Source: Caldilineaceae bacterium (GTDB lineage: Bacteria; Chloroflexota; Anaerolineae; Caldilineales; Caldilineaceae). From it: DNA of 64,000 bases. Position numbers and translations under genes: made by a program. The notes beneath the pieces are model-generated. The model did not search any database. It saw nothing but the letters and a program-made list of their open reading frames with translations, and was not told the origin of the DNA. Shown here piece by piece: positions 40,059-49,028 of this stretch (position 1 is its first letter; every line of letters starts with the position of its first letter). The stretch is taken from contig OZ241342.1 of NCBI GenBank assembly GCA_965200385.1, positions 2,979,880 through 3,043,879 of the forward strand. Reading direction: 5' to 3'.

Positions 40059-40625
40059 ATGACCGACACACCAGCTCCCGGAACCACGTCTCCCGTTCGT
40101 CTCGCGGTTTCTTCCAGCCTGCTGATTGCAGGCGGCGTGCTGGTCTTGATCCTGTTTGTCATCGGTCTGCTCACCTGGCGCGTCCTGCGTGACAACGTAT
40201 CAGTCCTGCAGCCGCACGAACCGGCTCCGCCCTTCACCTTGGAAACTTTCAATGGGGACAGCGTGTCCCTTGACGATTTGCGGGGTCAGGGCGTGGTACT
40301 GAATTTCTGGGCCAGCTGGTGCAACCCGTGCCGCGAAGAGGCAGAACTGCTGGAAGCGGCTTGGCAGGCCGAACAGGATCAGGGGGTGATGTTCGTGGGT
40401 GTAGCCTATCTGGATCAGGGACCTGCCGCCCGGCGTTACCTGGACGAGTTCAACATCTCCTATCCCAACGGCCGGGACAAGGGTGGAGACATCGCCCGCC
40501 GCTATGCGGTCACCGGAGTGCCTGTAACCTATTTCATCGACCCCAACGGCCAGATCCAGGGCCACTTCACAGGGCCGCTGGCCCCTGACAGGCTCCATGC
40601 GTTCCTGGCCGTGATTCGGCCCTAG
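40059..40625 (+). CDS. TlpA/ResA/CcmG-type thiol:disulfide oxidoreductase
   Basis: N-terminal TM anchor and thioredoxin motif [13 protein letters not shown]. Confidence 0.85.
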   Translation: MTDTPAPGTTSPVRLAVSSSLLIAGGVLVLILFVIGLLTWRVLRDNVSVLQPHEPAPPFTLETFNGDSVSLDDLRGQGVVLNFWASWCNPCREEAELLEAAWQAEQDQGVMFVGVAYLDQGPAARRYLDEFNISYPNGRDKGGDIARRYAVTGVPVTYFIDPNGQIQGHFTGPLAPDRLHAFLAVIRP

Positions 40626-40767
40626 GCCTGTCTGCAAACTCAAAAGAAGCGAGTCGACCCACTGTCTTGAGAACGTAATTGTTTGAACAAGCAAGCAATT
40701 AAGAAGGGGACTATATACGTACCCACACCGCGCAGTGTGGACAGGAGAGGGCAAGCTAGAATAGGGC

Positions 40768-42021
40768 ATGAACATAGAAGAGATTATGGTGCACCGGGGT
40801 ATCACCTTGCGGGTGCGCCCAGGCAGTAGAACCAAGCACAACAAGATGATGCGCATTGCCGGGGCCTGCCGCAAGGTTTGGAATGAGGGACTGGAAATCT
40901 GCGAGAGGCAATATCAAGAATTCAAGGCCGGTAAAGGCGATAAACCTAACGTTACACACTTCGGACTGAACAATCTGTATGTACAAATCAAGCAGGAGTT
41001 ACCCTGGTTGGGTGAGCTGCCGGGCCATACTGTGCGCTACACCATGAAACACTTGTCGGAAGCTTATAAGCGGTTCTTTGATGGCGCAGGGCGGCTGGTC
41101 TGGAAGCGCAAATTCAAGGACGCCCCAGGGTTTACTGTGCCCGGTAATATTAAGATTAAAGGCAAGAAAATCTACATCCCCATGCTTGGGTGGGTGAAGT
41201 TGACAGGCAAGAATCCGTACGCCGGTTGTAAGCCCAAGCAGGCCACATTCAAGTATGAGGCAGGCAACTGGTATGTGTCCATCCTGTATGAAGTGCCCGA
41301 CACACGGCCGATCAGACTGGGTAAACCTGTTAATCCTGTAGGCATTGATCGCAACGTAGGACAGGTTACGCTAAGTACAGGCGATATGTATGAACTGCCA
41401 AAGTTGTTGGAACTAGACGCCAAACTGCGCAGGTTGCAAAAGAAGTTGGCCCGCCAACAGTACAAGAGCAACGGTTGGCAACATACCAAGCTACGTATCC
41501 AGAAGATATACAGGGAGATACGCAATGTCACAAAGGACTGGTGCCACCAGACCAGTCGTACCATCGCTGACATACATGATCGAGTCATCTTTGAGGACCT
41601 GAACATTCAGGGTATGACCAAGAGTGCCCGTGGCTCCAAGGATAAACCCGGTAAGAGTGTAGCTCAGAAAAGAGGCTTGAATCGTGCTATCTTGCGCAGT
41701 GATTGGGGACGGCTGGAACGGTATATGAGTTACAAGACTTATACAGAAAAGATAGATCCCAAGTACACGTCACAAAAGTGTCATAACTGTGGGGTAGTAC
41801 GTAAAGCTAACCGCAAGTCCCAGTCTGTTTACCATTGCAGTAAATGTGATGTTGAAAAGAACGCTGACGTGAATGCGGCTTTAAACATCCGGGACAAATG
41901 GTTAGGTAAGAACATGGCGTCCGGGGACGGCGCATCTGCGGGTGGAGATTGCAACACTAGTTGGTCTGCGAAACCTGAAAATGTATCCGGTGTAGCATTA
42001 CGCCCTGCGGGTGTGGTGTGA
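40768..42021 (+). CDS. tnpB: TnpB RNA-guided endonuclease (IS200/IS605-family OrfB)
   Basis: RuvC-I GIDRNVG, RuvC-II VIFEDLNIQGM, zinc ribbon CHNCG...CSKC, RuvC-III NADVNAALNI. N-terminal RVRPGS...ACRKVWN. Confidence 0.9.
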   Translation: MNIEEIMVHRGITLRVRPGSRTKHNKMMRIAGACRKVWNEGLEICERQYQEFKAGKGDKPNVTHFGLNNLYVQIKQELPWLGELPGHTVRYTMKHLSEAYKRFFDGAGRLVWKRKFKDAPGFTVPGNIKIKGKKIYIPMLGWVKLTGKNPYAGCKPKQATFKYEAGNWYVSILYEVPDTRPIRLGKPVNPVGIDRNVGQVTLSTGDMYELPKLLELDAKLRRLQKKLARQQYKSNGWQHTKLRIQKIYREIRNVTKDWCHQTSRTIADIHDRVIFEDLNIQGMTKSARGSKDKPGKSVAQKRGLNRAILRSDWGRLERYMSYKTYTEKIDPKYTSQKCHNCGVVRKANRKSQSVYHCSKCDVEKNADVNAALNIRDKWLGKNMASGDGASAGGDCNTSWSAKPENVSGVALRPAGVV

Positions 42022-42038
42022 AAACGTATATAGTCCCC
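41860..42038 (+). ncRNA. Predicted omega/right-end RNA scaffold of TnpB (guide would continue into 42039 onward)
   Basis: By analogy with characterised TnpB loci, the RNA overlaps the tnpB 3' end and right end. This stretch is highly conserved with copy A and has a hairpin with compensatory changes (42001-42013 vs 19547-19561). Confidence 0.35.
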
Positions 42039-42094
42039 TACGCTTCGAACAGACATTGTGACTTTTCAAACAGGCCTGGACAACCGCACCTGAC

Positions 42095-44071
42095 ATGATT
42101 ACGGATCTGGCCTACCTGGGATTGATCGCGGGCCTTGTTCTGTCCTGCCTGGGTGCGCTGACCGGGGTACGAGGCGGCCTGACGGACATGGTTGTCTGGA
42201 GTCGGGTCAGCCAGCGCGCTACGGTGGCCACGGCCGGTCTGGTGGCCATGGCCACCGCCATTCTCTGGTGGGCTCTCTGGCAGGATCGCTTCGAACTGCT
42301 CTATGTCTGGAATCAGTCCGAACACGCTCTGCCCCTGTTCTACAAATTCGCGGCGCTCTGGAGTGGTCAGGAAGGGAGCCTGCTGTTTTGGGCCTTCATT
42401 TTGGCTGCCTACGCGCTGGCCGTCAATCGCCTGTTGACCCGCTCCCTGGCGCCGCTCATGCCCTGGGTCAATGCCGTGCTGTGCGCCAATCTGGCGTTCT
42501 TTCTGCTGCTGGTTGCCATACCGGCCAATCCGTTTGTCACGATTCCGCTTAAACCGCCCGACGGTGCCGGCCTCAATCCCTTGCTGCAGAACTACTGGAT
42601 GGTGATCCATCCCGTTATGCTGTATCTGGGGTATGTAGGCCTGACCATTCCCTTTGCCCTGGCTGTGGCCGCCCTGGCCCAGCGCCAGCTGCACGTGACC
42701 TGGCTCCGCCTGATGCGCCGCTGGACTCTGAGCGCCTGGCTGTTTCTCTCTGTCGGCATCCTGATGGGCAGCCAGTGGGCCTACATGGAACTGGGCTGGG
42801 GCGGCTATTGGGCCTGGGATCCGGTAGAGAACGCCAGTCTGCTGCCCTGGCTTACCGCCACCGGTTTTCTCCACAGCCTCATCGTGCAGGAACAGCGCGG
42901 CACCATGAAACTGTGGAACATGATCATGATCGGCGCCACCTATTTCCTGGTCCTGCTGGGCACCTTCACCACCCGCAGCGACATCGTGGCCAGTGTTCAC
43001 AGCTTTGCCAAAAGTGCCATTGGCCTCTATTTTGTGGGCCTGCTCGTGGCTGTGCTGCTAGGCTTTCTCGCCTTGCTCTGGATGCGGCGCGACGTGCTCG
43101 GGGAACCGGTGGCCGGCGCCGCCTGGCTGAGCCGGGAATCGGCCTTTCTGACCAATAACTGGCTGTTCGCCGGGATTACCTTCGCTACGCTGTGGGGCAC
43201 CTATTTCCCGGTGTTCAGCGAGGTGCTCACGGGTGAGCAGATTGCCGTGGCCGCACCCTATTTCCAGAAAGTCAATGGCCCTCTGTTCCTGCTGTTGCTG
43301 CTTCTGATGGGAATCGGTCCCCTGCTCCAATGGCGGGTGACCCGGCTGGCCGTGCTGCGTGCCAAACTGGTCTGGCCAGCGGGAGTGGCCTTGGCCGGTG
43401 CCCTGAGCTGGAGCTTGCTTTGGCCCTTCTCGCCGTTTGCCGTAGCCGGATTTGGGGTCTGCCTGCTGGTTTGTACGGCCATTGTGCAGGAATTCGTGTA
43501 CGGGATTCAGGCCCGCCAGCAAGCCCGCTCGGAATCCCTGCTCGTTTCCCTGCAGCAACTGTGCCGACGCCAGGGACGTCGCTATGGCGGATACCTGGTG
43601 CATCTGGGCATCGTCTGCATGGGCGTGGCCATCATCGGCAATGAGTTTTACCAGGACGTGCGTCACATTACGCTGGCCCGGAACGAGACCCAGGTCATAG
43701 GTCATTACCACCTCACCTACCAGGGCATGCAAGTGACCGATCAGGCCAACCTGACCGAATACCGGGCTCTCCTGGCCGTGCACCAGGACCAGGGTTCGTT
43801 GCTGACAGTTCTGGCACCCCGCCGCAACGTGTATTTCAAGACGCCCGATGCCCCCACCAGTGAAGTCGGCCTGTACACAACCTGGCGGGAAGATCTGTAT
43901 GTAGTCCTGAACGGCTGGGAAGAGGGAGCCGTCGCTGCCACTTTCTCGATTTACCTGAACCCGCTGATGGTCTGGCTGTGGATAGGCGGGATCATTCTGG
44001 TCCTGGGTACCCTGATCGCACTCTGGCCCCATCCGGCTGCCCGCGGTGACGATACGGCCGCAGTCCCCTGA
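42095..44071 (+). CDS. ccmF: Cytochrome c-type biogenesis heme lyase CcmF
   Basis: WGGYWAWDPVENASLLPWL (WWD domain). About 15 TM helices. Confidence 0.9.
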   Translation: MITDLAYLGLIAGLVLSCLGALTGVRGGLTDMVVWSRVSQRATVATAGLVAMATAILWWALWQDRFELLYVWNQSEHALPLFYKFAALWSGQEGSLLFWAFILAAYALAVNRLLTRSLAPLMPWVNAVLCANLAFFLLLVAIPANPFVTIPLKPPDGAGLNPLLQNYWMVIHPVMLYLGYVGLTIPFALAVAALAQRQLHVTWLRLMRRWTLSAWLFLSVGILMGSQWAYMELGWGGYWAWDPVENASLLPWLTATGFLHSLIVQEQRGTMKLWNMIMIGATYFLVLLGTFTTRSDIVASVHSFAKSAIGLYFVGLLVAVLLGFLALLWMRRDVLGEPVAGAAWLSRESAFLTNNWLFAGITFATLWGTYFPVFSEVLTGEQIAVAAPYFQKVNGPLFLLLLLLMGIGPLLQWRVTRLAVLRAKLVWPAGVALAGALSWSLLWPFSPFAVAGFGVCLLVCTAIVQEFVYGIQARQQARSESLLVSLQQLCRRQGRRYGGYLVHLGIVCMGVAIIGNEFYQDVRHITLARNETQVIGHYHLTYQGMQVTDQANLTEYRALLAVHQDQGSLLTVLAPRRNVYFKTPDAPTSEVGLYTTWREDLYVVLNGWEEGAVAATFSIYLNPLMVWLWIGGIILVLGTLIALWPHPAARGDDTAAVP

Positions 44072-44097
44072 TACCACCTGCCTTGCCACTTGGCGTT

Positions 44098-44298
44098 ATG
44101 GCTGACTGGACTACTTGGCTGCTGCTGGCCGTCGCCATGGTGCTTTTTGGCCTCATTACCCTCTGGGTCGTGTGGCCGCTCCGGTCACGGCAGGATGTGG
44201 AAGCGGCTGCCGGACCAAAGCCTCCAGTATCTTGTCCCGGGGATACCACAGATCCCGGGCCTCCCCCACCAGATACACCGAACCCGTCACCACAATGA
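44098..44298 (+). CDS. Possible small membrane protein downstream of ccmF (CcmI N-terminus-like); 3' part probably non-coding read-through
   Basis: MADWTTWLLLAVAMVLFGLITLWVVWPLRSRQ is one TM helix followed by a basic patch. Codon bias decays after ~33 codons. Overlaps the folC 3' end. Confidence 0.25.
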   Translation: MADWTTWLLLAVAMVLFGLITLWVVWPLRSRQDVEAAAGPKPPVSCPGDTTDPGPPPPDTPNPSPQ

Positions 44299-45637
44299 CC
44301 TGATTCGGTGCCACTGTACGCCGGGCATGCGCCAGCGCGTGGCGCACGGTCCGGAACAGGCCTTCCATGCGGTCCCGGGCGGGATCCGGCAGAACGGTGG
44401 CCAGATCCCCGGGGGGATGACTAGACTTGCCGAAGACATGAGGTTGGCAGAAAAGAAACGATCCGGGCAGGCGGGCCAAAGCCTGCAGAATGCCCGTCGC
44501 GTCCTTGGTTCTGAGCATGCCCACTACAAACAGGAATTGCCGGTCCGGATAGATCGCCTGCAGGGCCGCGGCCAGAGCCCGGGCCTTGGGTGGATTATGT
44601 GCACAATCCAGGATGATCACAGGGTCTTCCTGTATAACTTCCATGCGCCCGGGGCCAGGGCCCTGGCGCAGGCCTTGGCGGAAAGCCGCGTCGGGCACCT
44701 GCACCCGGCCCTGTGCCTGCAGCAGATCCAGGGCCGCCACGACCAGCGCGGCATTGCCCGCCTGGTACGGAGCTTGATCCGCCAGCACCAGGTTCTCATG
44801 CCGGGCGAAGCGACTGGTGAGCGTGAGCGTCTGTTGCCCCTGGGGCAGACGGGCCGTCGCATAGCGGAAGGTGCAGTTTCCCGGAGCCGTCAGGGATCCA
44901 ACCCGGTGCAGCGTGACCCCCTGGCGGTCTGCTTCCCGCTGCAGCACCGCCAGCAAGTCCGGCTGCCATACCCCGGTCAGGGCCAAACTGCCGGTCTTGA
45001 TGATACCCGCCTTATGGTGGGCGATACTCTGCAGGGTTCCACCCAGTGACACCAGATGGTCCGCCCCCACGTTGGTGATGAGACTGACCACGGGCTGCAT
45101 CACATTGGTGGGATCCCATCGTCCACCCAGCCCGCACTCGACAATACCCCAGTCCACGGCCTCCTGTGCCAGGAAAAGGAAGGTCAGGGCAACCCAGGCT
45201 TCCCCGTAACGCAGACGGGCATAGCGGGGCTGCGCCTGTTGCCAGCGTCCGTAATCCCGGGCAAACGTGGCCAACAGATGATTGAAAGCCGGGACCGGAA
45301 TCATGCCGTTGCGGGCTACCAGCTTTTCCTGGGGCAGCTGCAGGTACGGGCTGATGTGATATCCCGTCGCGTAGCCCGCTGCCTCCAGTACGCGGGACAG
45401 CAGAATCGTCACCGATCCCTTGCCGCTGGTACCGGCCACCAGCAGACCGGGAAACCGGGTCTCGGGTGATCCCACAAAATCCAAAAAGGACTGCAGGCGG
45501 CGCTGGTAGAGACCGGGGTCCGGCTGGACCGGTGACACGCGCTCGCCGATCAGGTGCGGCGACTGGATCAGGCCCCACAGCCAGGCATAGCGCTGCCGGT
45601 ATTCCTGTAGGGCCGCATGTACGTGCAAGGTGTGCAA
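44156..45637 (-). CDS. folC: Folylpolyglutamate synthase / dihydrofolate synthase
   Basis: Mur-ligase P-loop VAGTSGKGSV. FolC-like central and C-terminal domains. Confidence 0.85.
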   Translation of the reverse strand: MHTLHVHAALQEYRQRYAWLWGLIQSPHLIGERVSPVQPDPGLYQRRLQSFLDFVGSPETRFPGLLVAGTSGKGSVTILLSRVLEAAGYATGYHISPYLQLPQEKLVARNGMIPVPAFNHLLATFARDYGRWQQAQPRYARLRYGEAWVALTFLFLAQEAVDWGIVECGLGGRWDPTNVMQPVVSLITNVGADHLVSLGGTLQSIAHHKAGIIKTGSLALTGVWQPDLLAVLQREADRQGVTLHRVGSLTAPGNCTFRYATARLPQGQQTLTLTSRFARHENLVLADQAPYQAGNAALVVAALDLLQAQGRVQVPDAAFRQGLRQGPGPGRMEVIQEDPVIILDCAHNPPKARALAAALQAIYPDRQFLFVVGMLRTKDATGILQALARLPGSFLFCQPHVFGKSSHPPGDLATVLPDPARDRMEGLFRTVRHALAHARRTVAPNQVIVVTGSVYLVGEARDLWYPRDKILEALVRQPLPHPAVTGAATRPRG

Positions 45638-45658
45638 GTGAGAGGGGCCTCCCGGGCG

Positions 45659-46915
45659 TCAGGCCGGCACCGGAAAATCCTGCACCATGTCCAGGACGTC
45701 ACGCCGCACCCGCGCCTGCAAGTCCGTGTCACCCGGATCATGGGCAATTTCACCGATCCAGACACCAATCTGGCGGAATTCTGCCGTGCCCATGCCGCGG
45801 GTCGTAGCCGCAGGGGATCCCAGACGAATGCCGCTTGTGACCAGCGGCGGACGCGGATCGAAAGGAATCATGTTCTTGTTGCAGTGGAGATGCGCCTGAT
45901 CCAGAGCCAGCTCCACGGTTTTGCCGGTTACGGCTTCATCCTGGACACTGTTGAGATCCACCAGCACCAGGTGATTGTCCGTCCCCCCCGACACCAGGCG
46001 CAAGCCGGCTTCGGCCAGTGCACTGCCCAGCGCACGGGCATTGGCCAGCGTTTGGCGCTGATACGCCCGAAACTCTGGCTGCAAGGCTTCCCCCAGACCT
46101 ACGGCCTTGCCCGCAATCATATGCATCAGAGGCCCTCCCTGCTGGCCCGGAAATACGGCCCGGTTGATCCTGCGGGCAAACTTCCGGCGGCAGAGAATCA
46201 TCCCGCCGCGCGCGGCGCGGAGAGTCTTGTGGGTGGTCGTGGTCACCACGTCGCAATACGGCACGGGATCGGGATGCAGACCGGTAGCCACAAGCCCCGC
46301 CACATGGGCCATGTCCATCATAAGCAGGGCATCCGTGGCATCGGCCACCTGCCGCAGCTGTTCAAAGTCAAAATGGCGCGGATAGGCGCTGGCGCCGGCC
46401 ACGATCAGCTTGGGCTGGAAACGGAGCGCCAGTTCCATGACCTCTTCGTAATCCAGCTGCTCCGTCTCGGGATGTACGCCATAGTGCTGGAATTCATACA
46501 GTTGGCCCGAACTGTTGAGATGAGAGCCGTGCGTCAGGTGTCCGCCATGATCCAGCTTCAGGGCCAGCACCCTGTCCTCGGGTTTGAGCAGGGCCAGGTA
46601 GACTGCGGCATTCGCCTGGGCTCCGGCATGGGGCTGGACGTTGACATGCTCGGCGTTGAACAGGGCTTTGGCGCGGTCAATGGCGATTTGCTCAACCATG
46701 TCCACGTACTGGCAACCACCGTAGTAGCGTTTGCCCGGATATCCCTCGGCATACTTGTTGGTGAGTACGCTGCCCATGGCTTCCAGTACGCCGCGCGAGA
46801 CGTAATTCTCGCTGGCGATCAGCTCGATGCCGTCCGCTTGTCGGCCCTGTTCCAGGGCAATGGCGTCGAAAACTTCGGTATCCCGCTTTACGTCCGTCAG
46901 AACAGATGCTGTCAT
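45659..46915 (-). CDS. glyA: Serine hydroxymethyltransferase
   Basis: ELIASENYVSRGVLEAMGS, YYGGCQYVD, TTTTHKTLRAARGG (PLP lysine). Confidence 0.95.
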   Translation of the reverse strand: MTASVLTDVKRDTEVFDAIALEQGRQADGIELIASENYVSRGVLEAMGSVLTNKYAEGYPGKRYYGGCQYVDMVEQIAIDRAKALFNAEHVNVQPHAGAQANAAVYLALLKPEDRVLALKLDHGGHLTHGSHLNSSGQLYEFQHYGVHPETEQLDYEEVMELALRFQPKLIVAGASAYPRHFDFEQLRQVADATDALLMMDMAHVAGLVATGLHPDPVPYCDVVTTTTHKTLRAARGGMILCRRKFARRINRAVFPGQQGGPLMHMIAGKAVGLGEALQPEFRAYQRQTLANARALGSALAEAGLRLVSGGTDNHLVLVDLNSVQDEAVTGKTVELALDQAHLHCNKNMIPFDPRPPLVTSGIRLGSPAATTRGMGTAEFRQIGVWIGEIAHDPGDTDLQARVRRDVLDMVQDFPVPA

Positions 46916-47139
46916 AGTGTGCCTGCCTTCTCCCCATCCCCGGGAAGCACTGTCTCCATGCCGGCCATTACATTATATGGCCTGTTACCCTGAGGTCGGG
47001 CGCTTTCCGCCCTGCTGCCAGTGCGGACGCATCCCGACCGCACATGCCCCCAAACGGTCCGGGACTGCACCATGCCGGGCACGACTGCCGCAGAAGGTAA
47101 CCCTTTGTTCCGATCCACCACCGGAATCCCCTATACTAC

Positions 47140-47772
47140 ATGGCTGTGTTCCAGTGGCGAGAAACTGAGGTGTCCTCCATTTCATTTCCTGAATCCCACG
47201 CTGATTTTATCAGGCAGAGCCCTACTTTTGCGCTGGGTTCCACCTATACCTTCGCGACCTTCATCCGGGAATCCGGTGAACCCCAACGCCAATGGCGAGG
47301 CCGGTACGCAGACATCCGGCTGGAACCGGACGACCAGGAATTTTTCCTCCGGTTTCCCGCTCCGCGCTACTTTTTCCTGCAGATGTCGGCGCACGATCCC
47401 GTGGCGCAAGCCTATGCCCCGGCCCTGGCCGTGCTATGTGATCTGAACGTCCAGCTGGAACTGCGCATCGTGCCCGCCGTACCACCGTACCTTGCCGTGC
47501 TCCCAACTCTCACGGAATCCGCGGCCCCCGCCGGGAAAGCCCAGTGCCATGCGTATCTCTTCCAGGGTGACTGGACGTTGGCCGCCGATTGGGCCCCCCT
47601 GCGCAACGAGCTGTCACGCGGGCCCAAGCTGACCCTGAACCGCTACGACACCTTGCGCCTCCAGCTCAATTCACGTCGCAATCGACCCATTGTGCAGGGC
47701 GTGCGGCGCCAACTGGAAGCCAGTCTGCCCGCCGAAGCCGCACCTCCGGACGAAGCCGGGGCAGCATCTTGA
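47140..47772 (+). CDS. Hypothetical protein, translationally coupled to the SCO gene
   Basis: 210-aa ORF with no recognisable motif. Its TGA overlaps the TTG start of the next gene (TTGA). Confidence 0.5.
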   Translation: MAVFQWRETEVSSISFPESHADFIRQSPTFALGSTYTFATFIRESGEPQRQWRGRYADIRLEPDDQEFFLRFPAPRYFFLQMSAHDPVAQAYAPALAVLCDLNVQLELRIVPAVPPYLAVLPTLTESAAPAGKAQCHAYLFQGDWTLAADWAPLRNELSRGPKLTLNRYDTLRLQLNSRRNRPIVQGVRRQLEASLPAEAAPPDEAGAAS

Positions 47773-48392
47773 CCGGCCGTGATCGCAAGCCATGGTCGCG
47801 TCGCCTGCAGCGCGTCGGCCCATGGCTGATCAGCCTATGGCTGGTCGCCTGCGGCGGACTGGGATCCTATCAGGGTACGCACCTGGATCCGGCCCAGGAG
47901 ATGCCTCCCATCACTGGTCTTGACCATAAAGGACAACCCTTCGACAGCGAGGGCGCGGACCTGAATGACAAGATACTGGTAGTATTCTTCGGATACGTGT
48001 TCTGTCCGGATTACTGCCCCCTCATCATGCATGAGATCACGGAAGCCTATGAGGATCATCTGGTCCGCCAGCAGGACGCGATCGAGGTGTTGTTCGTGAC
48101 CATCGATCCGGAACGGGACTCACCGGCCCAGCTGGCGCAGTACACAGCCAGCTTTCACGCGGATTTCACCGGCGTCTACATCGCGGATACCGCCGCTCTG
48201 GAAATTCTCAAGACCCGGTACGGCGTCTTCGCCGAAACCCACGTCCCGGAAGGCAACACCGCCTCCCAATACCTGGTAGATCACTCGACACGGACCTATG
48301 TACTGAATCGTAAAGGCAAGCTGGAGCTGGCCTATGGTCCGGACATACAGGCCCGGGACCTGGCCCGTGATCTGAAACGATTGCTGCGATAG
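47769..48392 (+). CDS. SCO1/SenC family copper chaperone
   Basis: TM/lipoprotein-like N-terminus (LWLVACGG), CPDYCP motif, conserved His in LVDHSTRTY. TTG start inferred. Confidence 0.8.
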   Translation: MTGRDRKPWSRRLQRVGPWLISLWLVACGGLGSYQGTHLDPAQEMPPITGLDHKGQPFDSEGADLNDKILVVFFGYVFCPDYCPLIMHEITEAYEDHLVRQQDAIEVLFVTIDPERDSPAQLAQYTASFHADFTGVYIADTAALEILKTRYGVFAETHVPEGNTASQYLVDHSTRTYVLNRKGKLELAYGPDIQARDLARDLKRLLR

Positions 48393-48407
48393 GCCCTCCA
48401 GGACACC

Positions 48408-49028
48408 ATGGCGCCCCGGTCCCACACCGTTTTTCTGGGCTGTCCCCCGGATCCGGAAACAGTCGTTGCGCTGTCCGCCTGGCAGACCCGCCTGCAGGCG
48501 GACCTGACCACCGGCCCGGCGGCCCTCGCTGTACGCTGGATCCGGCGGCCTGCCCTGCATCTGACAATCCACTACCTGGGTACCCTGGCCGCGCCGCAAA
48601 TCCAATCCGTACAGGCCCGTGTGGCCGCCATCCTGGCCGACAGGGCCGCCATTTCCTGCTGCCTGGGTGAACCGGGTGTCTTCCCGCAGGCATCCCGTCC
48701 CCGCGGCATCTGGGTTGAACTCCACGATATACAGGGACAATTGCGACAGCTGCACGCAGATCTGTACGGGGCCCTGCTGCACCTGAAGCTGGCGCGTCTC
48801 TCCGCACACCTGCGACCCCATATCACCATAGGCCGTCTGTCCCGTTCTGTCCCTCGCAGCCAGCAGCGGGTGATCGCGTACTCCGTACAGACAGCCCACA
48901 GCTGGCGTCCTGGCCCATCAGTCCAGGGCGTGCTGGACAGGGTACACTTGTATGAAAGTCTCCAGCGTCCCGGCGGCAATGCCTACCATCCTCTTGCAAC
49001 ATGGCCTCTTGTTCACACCCCGGCATAA
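48408..49028 (+). CDS. thpR: RNA 2',3'-cyclic phosphodiesterase (2H phosphoesterase, ThpR/LigT)
   Basis: Two HxT motifs: LHLTIHYLG and PHITIGRL. Confidence 0.75.
   Translation: MAPRSHTVFLGCPPDPETVVALSAWQTRLQADLTTGPAALAVRWIRRPALHLTIHYLGTLAAPQIQSVQARVAAILADRAAISCCLGEPGVFPQASRPRGIWVELHDIQGQLRQLHADLYGALLHLKLARLSAHLRPHITIGRLSRSVPRSQQRVIAYSVQTAHSWRPGPSVQGVLDRVHLYESLQRPGGNAYHPLATWPLVHTPA

Larger units (their letters stand above)
40706..42038 (+). mobile_element. TnpB insertion element, copy B (intact), bounded by inverted repeats
   Basis: Left end GGGGACTATATACGTACCCACACC. Reverse complement of the right end GGGGACTATATACGTTTTCACACC (15/15, then 21/24). Lower GC than flanks. Splits tlpA from ccmF. 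Confidence 0.8.

Noticed and set aside
46916-47139. Possible ZTP or THF riboswitch in the glyA 5' leader
   Set aside because: The region has stems (GGTCGGG…CCCGACC, and GGCCAT…ATGGCC) and an ACTGGCA resembling the ZTP ACUGGCG. I could not find the second conserved half (CCGCCUGGGC) or a convincing pseudoknot. A covariance-model scan would settle it.
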